A stretch of 64,000 bases of DNA from an uncultured Prolixibacteraceae bacterium (GTDB lineage Bacteria; Bacteroidota; Bacteroidia; Bacteroidales; FEN-979), in the NCBI GenBank assembly GCA_964473485.1, contig CAYYPH010000001.1:477-64476 (forward strand), given 5' to 3'. The notes beneath the pieces are model-generated. The model saw nothing but the letters and a program-made list of their open reading frames with translations. It had not been told where the DNA came from and did no database searches. The stretch's first letter is position 1; each line of letters starts with the position of its first letter. Positions 28,881 to 39,300 of the stretch are shown in pieces. Both the position numbers and the translations under genes were made by a program.

Positions 28881-29826
28881 TATTCCGGTCGCTGCCGGTG
28901 CTCATGAGATCAGCATAAGTCAGGATAGGAGGGACACCCTTATAGGTTTCCTTCTTCCAGAACATCTCGAGAACTTCCACTTTGCCCTTTTCATCGGGGA
29001 TGAGTTCAATTTCCTTGAAACTTTGCCAGTTCTGGTCGGTATAAATTGTAAAGGTACCCGGTTGTAGGTAGCCCGTGAGGAGGTTGGCAGCAGGCTCACC
29101 ACCCCAAAAAGCTGTTCCATTGATCCTGGCCAGGTCAATCTCCTTCCAACGGTTGTAACTATCCGGGTTGATAAACCGCATCTGTTTCTTCAGCAGGCGG
29201 GGCCTTAATACATCATGGTACGCAGTAATCCAGCGTTTGAGGAGGTCTTTGGTATTTTTTAGCTTCTTGGTTTGCTTGGTTTTCAGAATAAAATTGAGAT
29301 CCGTCAATTCCTGCATGATCATTCCGACAGAGCCTAAAGAAATATCAGCAAGTTCGGCCAGTTCGCGGTAGGGGAGCTGTGTTTTTTCAGGATCGACCAG
29401 GAACTGGAAGATCAGTTTTATACCAGCTTCCTGAAATGCCCGGGGCTGGTTTACCCTGGCCATGCGCTCGATCTTTTTTCCCTCAATCAGAAGGAAAAGT
29501 TTGTTCCGGCGTATGTTGCAGTTACCTGCCACATCGAGGTAATGGATGCCTTCTTCCACATATTCTTTGGCAATTTCACTTGGAATGTACTTTGTTACCA
29601 GCAGGATGGGAAGGTTATTTTCACGGGAGATGTTTTTTAGGTCCATGAGCACGATGCCTTTGTTGCCTTTGGTGATTTCCGGTTTCATTTCCACCACAAA
29701 TTGCTCTCCGGCAATGCTTAAATAGGCATCATGCCGCTTCCGTCCATTTAAAATAATAGCTTCAATACCTGTGTACTTTTGCAAGCTGTTTAAAGCTTCA
29801 GCAAGTATTTCCTTCTCGTTTCTCAT
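28831..29826 (-). CDS. AbiEi-like wHTH transcriptional regulator/antitoxin (331 aa)
   Basis: Central wHTH (LPYRELAELADISLGSVGMIMQEL). The C-terminal FWGGEPAANLLTGYLQP..FTIY block resembles AbiEi_3-type proteins. The N-terminal D..EMK patch suggests a PD-(D/E)xK-like fold. Assignment is by eye. Confidence 0.5.
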   Translation of the reverse strand: MRNEKEILAEALNSLQKYTGIEAIILNGRKRHDAYLSIAGEQFVVEMKPEITKGNKGIVLMDLKNISRENNLPILLVTKYIPSEIAKEYVEEGIHYLDVAGNCNIRRNKLFLLIEGKKIERMARVNQPRAFQEAGIKLIFQFLVDPEKTQLPYRELAELADISLGSVGMIMQELTDLNFILKTKQTKKLKNTKDLLKRWITAYHDVLRPRLLKKQMRFINPDSYNRWKEIDLARINGTAFWGGEPAANLLTGYLQPGTFTIYTDQNWQSFKEIELIPDEKGKVEVLEMFWKKETYKGVPPILTYADLMSTGSDRNIETSTIIYDNELQYIK

Positions 29827-29832
29827 GGTTTT

Positions 29833-29887
29833 ATGTTCACTGAATGCTTCTGTTCAATTTCAATGAACAAGCAAATATAATGAACAT
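29833..29887. promoter_or_regulatory. Nested inverted repeats upstream of the AbiEi-like gene (candidate operator)
   Basis: ATGTTCA (29833..29839), TGTTCA (29851..29856), TGAACA (29864..29869), TGAACAT (29881..29887). These lie 7-61 nt upstream of the minus-strand ATG at 29826. Confidence 0.4.
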
Positions 29888-30011
29888 TTTGGCAGAAACA
29901 ACAAATTTCATTAGAAACAAACTACCAAATTTGCATTTTCAAAACCGGCATGATGGTGGTAACTCCTGTAAAGCTTTTGCAACCGTGGCAACCATCCTGA
30001 GATTGATCTTT

Positions 30012-30536
30012 TTATTCTCCATGAAGAATCCTCTTTTTAAGTTCCACAGTTGCAAGATCCTTTTCCCTTGCCCTGCCGATGCGCAAAGCATCGGTTAGGG
30101 CCAGCAGTTCATACAGTTTCGCATCCGTTACTGCTGCTTCGGGTACCGAAGGGTAAAGCGGTACAATGCACTGCCCCCTGGCCTTTCCTTTCGCCCATGG
30201 CCAAACGTAAAGTTCATCACCGACAATGGTTGAGTTCAGCGGAGCGGCCGAATGCGCCGTGGGCAACCCCCTTACTGCCGGCCCCGGTTTCTGCGGGAAA
30301 ACATAAGCAAGTCCATACTGAAGAAAGTCGAAGAATGCACGACGCATCACCTTTTTCCCGGCGCCATCCAGCAATCCTGCAAATTTTGAGCGGGCGACCG
30401 ACTGACTGACTTCCGACTGGCTTAATTTTAACGCTTCTGACAATGGCTTCTGGAACCATTCGTCCTTATCCAGCGCTATTATTTTCAGCAAAATGACCAC
30501 GTCCTGTGGTTTCATTGAATACTGTTGTTGTTTCAT
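30012..30536 (-). CDS. Hypothetical wHTH-like DNA-binding protein (174 aa)
   Basis: N-terminal KPLSEALKLSQSEVSQSVARSKFAGLL is HTH-like. A perfect palindrome sits immediately upstream. Confidence 0.45.
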   Translation of the reverse strand: MKQQQYSMKPQDVVILLKIIALDKDEWFQKPLSEALKLSQSEVSQSVARSKFAGLLDGAGKKVMRRAFFDFLQYGLAYVFPQKPGPAVRGLPTAHSAAPLNSTIVGDELYVWPWAKGKARGQCIVPLYPSVPEAAVTDAKLYELLALTDALRIGRAREKDLATVELKKRILHGE

Positions 30537-30546
30537 AGATCGTCGT

Positions 30547-30568
30547 ATTGCAAATTCCGATTTGCAAT
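30547..30568. promoter_or_regulatory. Perfect 9-bp inverted repeat ATTGCAAAT-tccg-ATTTGCAAT
   Basis: Read directly from the sequence. It lies 11 nt upstream of the wHTH ATG (30536, minus strand). Confidence 0.4.
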
Positions 30569-30935
30569 ATTACAATATAAATCATTTGTTATCAAACAAA
30601 AGTAAATAAATATCGCGTATCGCGATATAAAATACTTGAGCCGTTCAGCAATTTGCTGGTGTTCAATAATGGGCTCTTTGCAATACTTTATGAAGCAGGC
30701 ATTGGTGAAATGGAGCCCGAATCTCCGGCCACGGAAGATCAGGAAGTACAAAATCAATAATAATTTAATAAATGGACAAATAGGATGTATGTGTTTGGGA
30801 AAAATATAGTACTTTCACATGGCCTATTTTTACCTTAATCGGATTTTCTGAACAAAAATAGACTGAGAACACGAGTCGGTACCCTTCGTAAACAGGCCAT
30901 CGTTACAGCTCTTGACACTGTATATCATAAACGAT

Positions 30936-32864
30936 ATGAAATCAATCGTACACCTTTTGATGCTCCTGATGGCTTCCAGTGCCATCGGACAAGGTACTGT
31001 GTGGAATTGGGAATGGGCCCGATCAAACCCTCATGAAGGATATATTGGATCCCCGTCCCAGCACCTTTGTCTCGACCCTGATGGAAATGTATACAATGGT
31101 TTTTGGTACAACTTTTCCATTTTACTTGGCGACTCGCTTTTTTCTCACGATTCCTCTACCTATTGCTTTGCTGTAATGAAAAACGATCTTGATGGCAATT
31201 TCGAACAGGCGGTTGAAATTCATGGACCAGCCTGGGGCATTCGTCCGGATATTACCTTTGGGGTCGATTCATACCAGAATCTTTACTTTGCCGGCCGGTT
31301 TTACGACAGTCTCTACATTGGCGACAGCATCATCCGCAAAGCGAATAATCATCCTGCATCAATGCCCGACGTTTTTGTGGTTAAGCTTGATAATGAATTT
31401 AAAATGAAGTGGGTTAGGATTATTTCCTCTTCAGGATGGGATAATTTGGGCAGTTTTTCTATCGGCCCTGATGACCATGTTTATCTTGCGACCACTCATT
31501 CCAGGTATAACCATATTAGTACCTGGGCCAACTATTGGGATCAGGATTCCGTTTTGGTACCAATGAATGGATGTACCGACATGCTGAACATTGATCCCAA
31601 TGGAGACCTGGTTTGGAGAAAACACCTGATAAGTACTTTGAATGAAGAAATCACGAGTTTAGAAATTTTAGCAGGCAATGATAAACTGATATACTTCACA
31701 GGACGATCTTTTGGCGATGTTTTTGTTGACGGACAGCTTCTGCAGATACCGTCAGCCATTAAGCCTTACGAAGGCACTTTTTTTATTGGGATGAACGAAT
31801 CAGGAGAAATATCCCGTGCATCTTACTTCAATTTCCGGTTCGTTTTAATCAACATGGTTGTTTCTTCAAACGGCGATCTGGGTTTACTTGGCTTGCCCAT
31901 CAATCCCTGTGTCCTGGGCAATGATACCATTCAAACCCCTTCTGGTAAAATCAAGTACCTTATCGCGCGGGTCGATTCAACCATGAACCCGGTTTGGTTT
32001 AAAACCATCGAGATGGTACCTTTTTCCTCGCAAAATCATTTTTGGTTATATAGCAGTCTGTACAATAAATACGACACGATCTTTTTTGCAACTACATTAA
32101 ATACCCTCTTTTCGATTGACTCCACTATCTACAACCCCGGAAGCTATCCCCAGGGCTTTTTAGGGATAATTGCACCCGATGGTTCATTGATCGCTCAATA
32201 CCTGACAGAGTCAAGCATGGGAGGCAGTATCTATAATATGATCCCAGGAGGTTGCGGCAACATTTATATAAGCGGGATTTTTAAAAACAAGGCTGTTTTC
32301 GGCTCCGATACATTGTACTCAACAAATACGGGCATTGAGGGTTCACGATATTTCGCAAAACTGAGCAGGTATCTGCCGCCTCATTTTACCCTGGGGAATG
32401 ACACTGTTATAACCACAGGTTCATTGCTCACCCTCAGCCTTCCTGAAGGTTACAGCCACCACAGATGGTCGACAGAAGAAACAAGCCAACGGGTCACACT
32501 GAAAGGATCGACCCTTGGCGTCGGAACCCATCATATCTGGGCCGAAGGCGGTGAACCTGACTGTTTTCACTCTGATACCATCACAGTCACCGTTAAATAT
32601 AGTGCCTCAACACCTGATCCGAACAACACTTCAGCTTCCATCTATCCCAATCCGACGGAAGGATTATTCAACCTGAAAACACGCTGCAAATCCTGCAGGG
32701 TTGAGATCAGGAATCACCTGGGAGTCCTGATTAATCCCAAAAGCACCGCAAGAGTTGCTGAGGATCAGATAGCATTAGATTTATCAGCTCATGAACCGGG
32801 TATCTATTTTATTCTGTTGGTTGAACCTGAACAGTCATCTGCATTTAAGTTGATTAAATACTAA
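30936..32864 (+). CDS. Secreted protein with T9SS (Por) C-terminal sorting domain
   Basis: Signal peptide MKSIVHLLMLLMASSAIGQG from ATG 30936. The C-terminal SIYPNPTEGLFNL...GIYFILLV...FKLIKY is a typical T9SS CTD. Confidence 0.8.
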   Translation: MKSIVHLLMLLMASSAIGQGTVWNWEWARSNPHEGYIGSPSQHLCLDPDGNVYNGFWYNFSILLGDSLFSHDSSTYCFAVMKNDLDGNFEQAVEIHGPAWGIRPDITFGVDSYQNLYFAGRFYDSLYIGDSIIRKANNHPASMPDVFVVKLDNEFKMKWVRIISSSGWDNLGSFSIGPDDHVYLATTHSRYNHISTWANYWDQDSVLVPMNGCTDMLNIDPNGDLVWRKHLISTLNEEITSLEILAGNDKLIYFTGRSFGDVFVDGQLLQIPSAIKPYEGTFFIGMNESGEISRASYFNFRFVLINMVVSSNGDLGLLGLPINPCVLGNDTIQTPSGKIKYLIARVDSTMNPVWFKTIEMVPFSSQNHFWLYSSLYNKYDTIFFATTLNTLFSIDSTIYNPGSYPQGFLGIIAPDGSLIAQYLTESSMGGSIYNMIPGGCGNIYISGIFKNKAVFGSDTLYSTNTGIEGSRYFAKLSRYLPPHFTLGNDTVITTGSLLTLSLPEGYSHHRWSTEETSQRVTLKGSTLGVGTHHIWAEGGEPDCFHSDTITVTVKYSASTPDPNNTSASIYPNPTEGLFNLKTRCKSCRVEIRNHLGVLINPKSTARVAEDQIALDLSAHEPGIYFILLVEPEQSSAFKLIKY

Positions 32865-32892
32865 AACAAAAACGATTGGCAAACCCCAAAAA

Positions 32893-33315
32893 ATGAGACC
32901 GACGTCAATTATCCGGATATTGGTTTTTTATATGCTCACTCTGACAATAATTTATGGTTGTAAGAAAGATGATTCTCGGAATTATGCAGGTGATTATGCT
33001 TTTCAGATTATAAACTCCGGAAATCCCGATTCGACCATTTACTCAGACGGATCGATCAGTTATGATAAGGATTTAAAAATTTTGACAGTTAATTTCATGA
33101 AACAATACAATCCTTCCTTTTCTTCACCTGTTTACCCTCATGTTGAAGACAACGGGATATTGTCCTATCCTGAATACACCAACAAAATGAAAAACTATTT
33201 CTTTTCCGGTACCATCAATGGAAATGGATTCATAAATTTTAAAATTGGATACTATATCTATCACTTTGGAGCCAAATGGGAACAATCAACAACCGTCAGA
33301 GGCGAGAAGAAGTAG
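32893..33315 (+). CDS. Small lipoprotein
   Basis: Lipobox LTIIYG-C after a hydrophobic leader. Confidence 0.6.
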   Translation: MRPTSIIRILVFYMLTLTIIYGCKKDDSRNYAGDYAFQIINSGNPDSTIYSDGSISYDKDLKILTVNFMKQYNPSFSSPVYPHVEDNGILSYPEYTNKMKNYFFSGTINGNGFINFKIGYYIYHFGAKWEQSTTVRGEKK

Positions 33316-33433
33316 AATTTTACCTGACAACTGAATCGACATTCTATAAATTTTGCATCCCATTGAAAATTTTATAATAACATGCTTTCCGAGAAATGCC
33401 ACTTCAAGCTTTCTCCTTCTGCAAATGGCACGG

Positions 33434-33517
33434 CAGCTAATGCACGTCAGCTAATGCATTTCAGCTAATGCACGTCAGCTAATGCACGTCAGCTAATGCA
33501 CGTCAGCTAATGAACGG
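33434..33517. repeat. 14-bp tandem repeat cagctaatgcacgt x6
   Basis: Units start at 33434, 33448, 33462, 33476, 33490 and 33504. Units 2 and 6 are degenerate. The repeat is intergenic, between convergent genes. Confidence 0.9.
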
Positions 33518-33600
33518 CAGCCAAAATGAGCTGCAAACCGGCCCTCTTATCGATTGGCCAATTAAAGACAAATAAAATCAATAAGGCAGGGAAGTATGAG

Positions 33601-35154
33601 TTAAATTGGAAGCCTGGGTAAAGTGAAACTGAAGACACTTCCGACCCCTTCCTCACTGGTAACCCATATTTTTCCCCCATGTCTTGCGACAAATTCATAG
33701 CAAAGAATTAACCCTAATCCGGTACCGGTTTCCTTGGCAGTGCCTTTTGTGTGAAAACCCGAATCAATGCGGAATAACAGTTCAAGATCCTTCTGCTTTA
33801 TCCCCACCCCCTCATCTTTCACAGCAATCGCCACGAAGCCTTCTGCAGCCTGTTCCGATTCAGTAGGCGTCGTGGTTGCGATGCATATGGTTTTGTGTTT
33901 GTCGGTAAACTTTATCGCGTTCGAGATGAGGTTCCGTAAAATGGTTTGTGTCATGTTAAAATCGGCATAGACCATGGTCTTATCTGGAATTTCTATCCTG
34001 ATGACCTGCGATTTCTTTTCAAAACTCAAACTTTGTGTATCTGCCATCTCGGCGATCAGAAGCCCGATGTCAAACGGTTCCGGGTTAAACTCAAACCGAC
34101 CCGATTGCACCCTCGACCATTCCAGCAAATTCTCCAGTAACTTGTAATTGTTCCTCAATCCATCCTTGATCTTACACACATAAAGTTTCTGCTCTTCTTT
34201 AGTAAGGCTGTCGAATTCGGCATGCAGTAATTCCGAAAATCCGAGTATGGCATTGAAAGGGCTCTTCAGATCGTGTGCGATAATCGAGAAGAATTTATTC
34301 TTGTTGGAATTCAGTTCCTGAAGTTTTACTTCCGACTCCCTTAATTGTTGCTCAATGCGACTGCGCCTTTCCAATTCCCGGTCCAACTCATCCAGCATCT
34401 CATTCAGTGCCATTGATATGGCAACAATCTTATCCTTCGTCTGCTTGGCAGCCACCGGAACCCTTGCCAGCAAATCCCCCTTCGACCGCCGGTCCATGGT
34501 GGTAATCATGGAATCAGACGGACGGAGGATAAATCGCTTGATGGACAGGTAAATGAAAAATGTACCCAACGAAATTGATATCAACGTACCCAGGGCCATG
34601 GCCAGTACAGCCAACGATAATTCTTTATGCAATGCCTTCGTGTCAAGTTCAACGTACACAGCGCCATTCTCCGTCAGGATTCCCTGGGTATTTGTTCCGG
34701 AAAACTTGAGGGAGGAAATAAAAATGGAGGTTCCGGCAATGTGTCTTTCATACCTGTATATGCCACGCGTACTGGCAGCCGCTCTGACGAATGGCCGTTC
34801 CTCGAAGTCTTTCAGTTCCGAAAGTCCCTTGCCAATCCACTGAATCTTTGAAGCGGCGAAGATCACGGGAGGGTTGCCCGACAGGGTCATGATCATGGTT
34901 ACGTCCTTCTCCAGCTGTAAGGTTGTAACGAGGCGCTGTATCTGGATCGGATCGGCGGATGCATCGCAGGAGTAAATGATGGTGCTGGCAATGGTCTCCA
35001 CCCGCTTTTTAGCCTCATTTTCAAACTGGTCGGTCAGATACCATCGAAACAACCAAAAGGTCAGAATAAAGGTCACAACCGATATGGAAATGAGTGGACC
35101 CAAAAGCTTCGATCTCAGGGATAACCCCTGTGCGAAGAACGATTGTTTAATCAT
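33601..35154 (-). CDS. Sensor histidine kinase (two TM segments, extracytoplasmic domain, HAMP, HisKA, HATPase_c)
   Basis: H-box FFSIIAHDLKSPFNAI, N-box LRNLISNAIKF, G-boxes DEGVGI and GTGLGL. Confidence 0.85.
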   Translation of the reverse strand: MIKQSFFAQGLSLRSKLLGPLISISVVTFILTFWLFRWYLTDQFENEAKKRVETIASTIIYSCDASADPIQIQRLVTTLQLEKDVTMIMTLSGNPPVIFAASKIQWIGKGLSELKDFEERPFVRAAASTRGIYRYERHIAGTSIFISSLKFSGTNTQGILTENGAVYVELDTKALHKELSLAVLAMALGTLISISLGTFFIYLSIKRFILRPSDSMITTMDRRSKGDLLARVPVAAKQTKDKIVAISMALNEMLDELDRELERRSRIEQQLRESEVKLQELNSNKNKFFSIIAHDLKSPFNAILGFSELLHAEFDSLTKEEQKLYVCKIKDGLRNNYKLLENLLEWSRVQSGRFEFNPEPFDIGLLIAEMADTQSLSFEKKSQVIRIEIPDKTMVYADFNMTQTILRNLISNAIKFTDKHKTICIATTTPTESEQAAEGFVAIAVKDEGVGIKQKDLELLFRIDSGFHTKGTAKETGTGLGLILCYEFVARHGGKIWVTSEEGVGSVFSFTLPRLPI

Positions 35155-36151
35155 GGTTACCGGAATTTTCCAGGCTATGGTTCACCGGGCCGACATTGAT
35201 CGTCCGGCGAACCTGAATGTTTTTCCGTATTGCCGCGAACTCCCTTAAAATTTCCAGGGCTGCGCTGGTAGCTTTAATTAGTTGACCATGTTCGTTAAAA
35301 TACTTTTCTTGTTGTCGGAGATCCTCGATGAAGATTCCCTTATAGGCATCTTTCAACTCCTGCATAGTAATGCTTTCATGTCCGGCAATAACCGGTAAGG
35401 CTTTGTCGGGATGATCCCTGGTGAATTGCACAGCCCTGTCAAAGCATTGAATGAGGATTGCAAGAGCTGCTGTATGGGAATTGATGAATGATTCGTCAGC
35501 TATCAATACATCTAAAATGAAACCCGGAATCTGCGAGCTGTTAAAGAGCAGGTTGGCTGTACCCTTATTCATAATTCTGACCGATGTTGGCGGGTAGGTA
35601 CACAAAGCGTCGACCTTCAATTTGTCATAATTATCCTCCATGCCATTCTGAGCCATCGGTACCAGTGAAACATCTTTCACGCTCATACCGTGTGCCTTCA
35701 GCGCAAGGTTGATGGTGAGCAGGTCCAGTGAAGCAGGTTCAACCCCAACCCGTTTGCCCTTAAGTTCCCGGATCGATTCAAGGGGTTTTCTGCCAAGGAT
35801 GACATCAGCGCCATTCGAAAAATCCGTTACATAAAACGTTTGCGGAGTTTTGAAAGAATTATTGCTGATGATCAGCATCTCAACGATTGTCCCGGCAAGT
35901 ACATCGATCTGTCCGCGTTCAAAGGCTCTCCTTGAATCACTGAGCGAAACAAAATCAAACAATTTTACATTAAGGCCGGCCTCCTCAAAGTAACCCAATT
36001 CCTGGGCCAGGTATAAAAAATCGTACCCCGGCCATAAAGTGGAGCCAATCCGGATATGGGCTCTCTCTCTTTGGCAGGCTGGCAACATAAGGGTCAGGCA
36101 CATCAGGCCGATGACAATACGAAGATTCCTGGCGCCCTTCAATAAAATCAT
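35147..36151 (-). CDS. NMT1/SsuA/TauA-type substrate-binding lipoprotein
   Basis: Lipobox LMLPAC. The pattern IRIGSTLWPGYDFLYLAQELGYFEEAGLNVKL is typical of NitT/TauT-family SBPs. It overlaps the kinase start by 8 nt. Confidence 0.65.
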   Translation of the reverse strand: MILLKGARNLRIVIGLMCLTLMLPACQRERAHIRIGSTLWPGYDFLYLAQELGYFEEAGLNVKLFDFVSLSDSRRAFERGQIDVLAGTIVEMLIISNNSFKTPQTFYVTDFSNGADVILGRKPLESIRELKGKRVGVEPASLDLLTINLALKAHGMSVKDVSLVPMAQNGMEDNYDKLKVDALCTYPPTSVRIMNKGTANLLFNSSQIPGFILDVLIADESFINSHTAALAILIQCFDRAVQFTRDHPDKALPVIAGHESITMQELKDAYKGIFIEDLRQQEKYFNEHGQLIKATSAALEILREFAAIRKNIQVRRTINVGPVNHSLENSGNHD

Positions 36152-36316
36152 ATTTTTGAGGTAAAAATTTCCTCGGAAAGAGGAAGTAAAGGTAGACTAA
36201 TATTCAATGTTCCAAACCTGCATCTAATTTTTATTTTCAAAAACCTGATACTTGCTGAAATGATATATTGAGTATTTTTGTTGATATGGATATATGTATC
36301 ATCGAAGCCGAAGCCC

Positions 36317-39300
36317 ATGAAAATTGATATTCTGAAATTAATCGATTTTGAGAAAGTAGATACGTTACTCGAAGGATTCAACAAAACAACAGGATTTGTA
36401 ACCGCTATTTTAGACCTTGAAGGAAATATTTTATCAAAATCGGGCTGGCGGAAGATTTGTACCGAGTTTCACCGTGTAAATCCCTGTACTTCTCAAAAAT
36501 GTACCATCAGTGATACCGCACTGGCGAATGAACCTGGCAATGGCGAGAAATGTCATTTCTATGAATGTTTGAACGGCCTGGTCGACGTCGCTGTGCCGGT
36601 TATTGTCAACGGCGAGCATATTGCCAACCTGTTTTCCGGACAGTTTTTTTTCAACGAACCCGATCGCACATTCTTCAAAAACCAGGCTGTCTCAAATGGT
36701 TTTGACGAGGTGGAATACCTGAAGGCCCTGGATGACGTACCAGTAGTTTCGATGGAGAAAGTTAAAGTAGCGCTTGATTTTCTACTGAACATGACGCAGT
36801 TAATCAGTGAAATGACCTTTCATAAATTAGAGCAAATTGAGTTGAATAATGCCATCCGGAAAAACGAACAAATTTTCCGGCTATTTGTGGAACATTCGCC
36901 TGCCTCTATTGCCATGTTCGATAACCAGATGCGTTACCTTGTGGCAAGTCGCAGGTTTCTGATAGATTATAACCTGGGTGACCAGGAGATCATTGGACGG
37001 TCACATTACGAGGTGTTTCCTGAAATATCCGAAAACTGGAAAACTATGCACCGGCGGTGCCTGGCGGGCGAAATCATCAGTGCCGGCAGCGACCCTTTCC
37101 CTCGTGCCGATGGTACCACCGACTGGGTGCGATGGGAAATCAGACCCTGGTACGAAGCAGAAAATCAGATCGGCGGAATTATCCTCCTTTCTGAAGTCAT
37201 TACGAACCAGGTTAAAGCTCATGAAGAGCTGATTGAAAGCGAACGCCATCTGAAAAACTCACAAAAAATAGCGCATGTCGGCAGCTGGCAGTTGGATTTA
37301 GCAACCAATCAGGTAATGTGGACGGAGGAGCTCTACAAAATGTATGGCTTTGATCCCTCACTGCCGCCCCCACCTTATACCGAACACATGAAGTTATTCA
37401 CTCCGGAGAGTTGGGAAAAGCTTTCTGCTTCCTTGGCAATAACCAGGGACAAAGGAACACCCTACGAGCTGGAACTGGAAACAGTTAAGAAGGATGGCAG
37501 CAATGGATGGATGTGGGTGCGAGGTGAGGCGCTAAGAGACCCGGCTGGAAAAATTAATGCCCTTTGGGGGGCGGCTCAGGACATTACAGAACGTAAGCAG
37601 ATCCAGGTTGAACTGGAGCGTTTGCTTGCTTCGGAACAGGCTGCGCTTAAGGAGGCAAACAAGGCCAAAGAAAACCTGTCGCAGATACTTGAGCGCATCA
37701 GCGATGGATTTGGCTCCCTGGATAGCGACTGGCGCTACACGTTTGTCAATGACAAGCTGGCAGAAAGTGTCGGACGTCGCCGCGAGGAGATGTTAGGCCA
37801 GAATATCTGGAAGGTGTTTCCTGAAGCAGTTGGAACACAGGTCTATCAAGCCTATCAACGGGCAATGAAAGAGCAGATGGCATTGGATCTGGAGCATTAT
37901 TATCCTCCCTTCGACCGATGGTTTCACCATCGTTTTTACCCATCAAAAGAAGGGATCTCGGTATTCAGTCATGATATCACCGAACGCAAACAGGCAAAGG
38001 AGAAGCTGATAGAGAGCGAGGACCGGTTTCGGAAGATATTTGAGGAGGGCCCATTGGGCATGGTAATGGCCAATATGACTACCGGAAAGTTTATAAGCGT
38101 AAATAAGGCTTTTTGCGATATGCTTGGATATTCCCGCGAAGAGTTGTCTGAGCTTACTTTTATGGATGTCACCCATCCCGATGATCGTGCTCCTGACCTG
38201 GTTGGGATCAAAAAGTTGCAGGAGGATCAGATTCAGAGATACAATACGGTAAAAAGATACCGGAAAAAGGATGGAGAAATTATATGGGCTAACCTGTCGG
38301 TGGCAAAATTATATAGCAATAAGGAGCAATTTCACTATGCCCTTGGGATGATCGAAGACATTACAGAACGAAGGCAGGCGGAAGAAAAAGTCCGGCTCAA
38401 AGACATCCAATTCAGAAAACTGTCAAAACATGTATCTGATCTGATTTTTCAGTTTACCAGGAGACCCGACGGAAGCTATTGTGTTCCTATTGCATCGGAA
38501 GGAATCCGGAATATTTTTGGGTGCGCCCCGGAAGATGTCCTCGCGGATTTCTCACCCATCGCAAGGGTGATTTATCCTGAAGATGCTGAACGGGTTATCG
38601 CCGACATCGAATACTCCGCTAAACATCTGACCTACTTTACATGTGAGTTCAGGGTGCAGATACCGGGGAGGGAAGTCCAATGGATCTATTCCAAGTCAAC
38701 TCCCGAGAAACTGGCCGATGGCAGCATTACCTGGTATGGCTTTAATGCAGATATCACCGATCGGAAGAGGACAGACGATCTCCTTAGAAAAAGCGAGGCT
38801 CGTTTTAAACTCCTGTTCGAGAATGCAACTTTTGGAATGGTTATTTGTAAGCTGATCAGGGACGAATCAGGAAAAGCAATTGACTATCTGCATGTTCAGG
38901 TGAATGAATCCCTTTACCGGCATGTCGGCATTGTTCAGCAGGATGTTCTTGGCAGGTTGGGCTCAGAAGTGATTTCAAAAGAAGAAACGGCTTTTCTGGT
39001 CGAAAAATTCAATGCCGTAATCGAAACCGGCATCCCTTCTGAATATTTACAGTACCTGCCTACCTTCGATAAAACCATCGACATGCAGTGCATCTATATC
39101 GAGGAAGATTATTTTTCTGTCCTGTTTTTTGATGTCACTGAAAAAGAGAAGTCTCAGGAGAAGATAAAAACACTGAATGAACGATTGCGTTTGCTGCTTG
39201 AAGCCATTCAGAACTTATCAACATCGATCTCCCTGGAGAATGTGATGGAGACGGTACGTGTTTATGCACGTAGGTTGCTGAATGCAGAGGGTTCAACCTT

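Noticed and set aside
30533-30757. 74-aa minus-strand ORF upstream of the wHTH gene. The similar 36148..36384 ORF was treated the same way.
   Set aside because: Both lie in AT-rich promoter regions full of palindromes, and their translations are dominated by I/F/Y/N codons. They are likely non-coding.
33434-33517. Tandem repeat considered as a CRISPR array
   Set aside because: The units are contiguous with no spacers, the period is only 14 bp, and no cas genes are present in the window.
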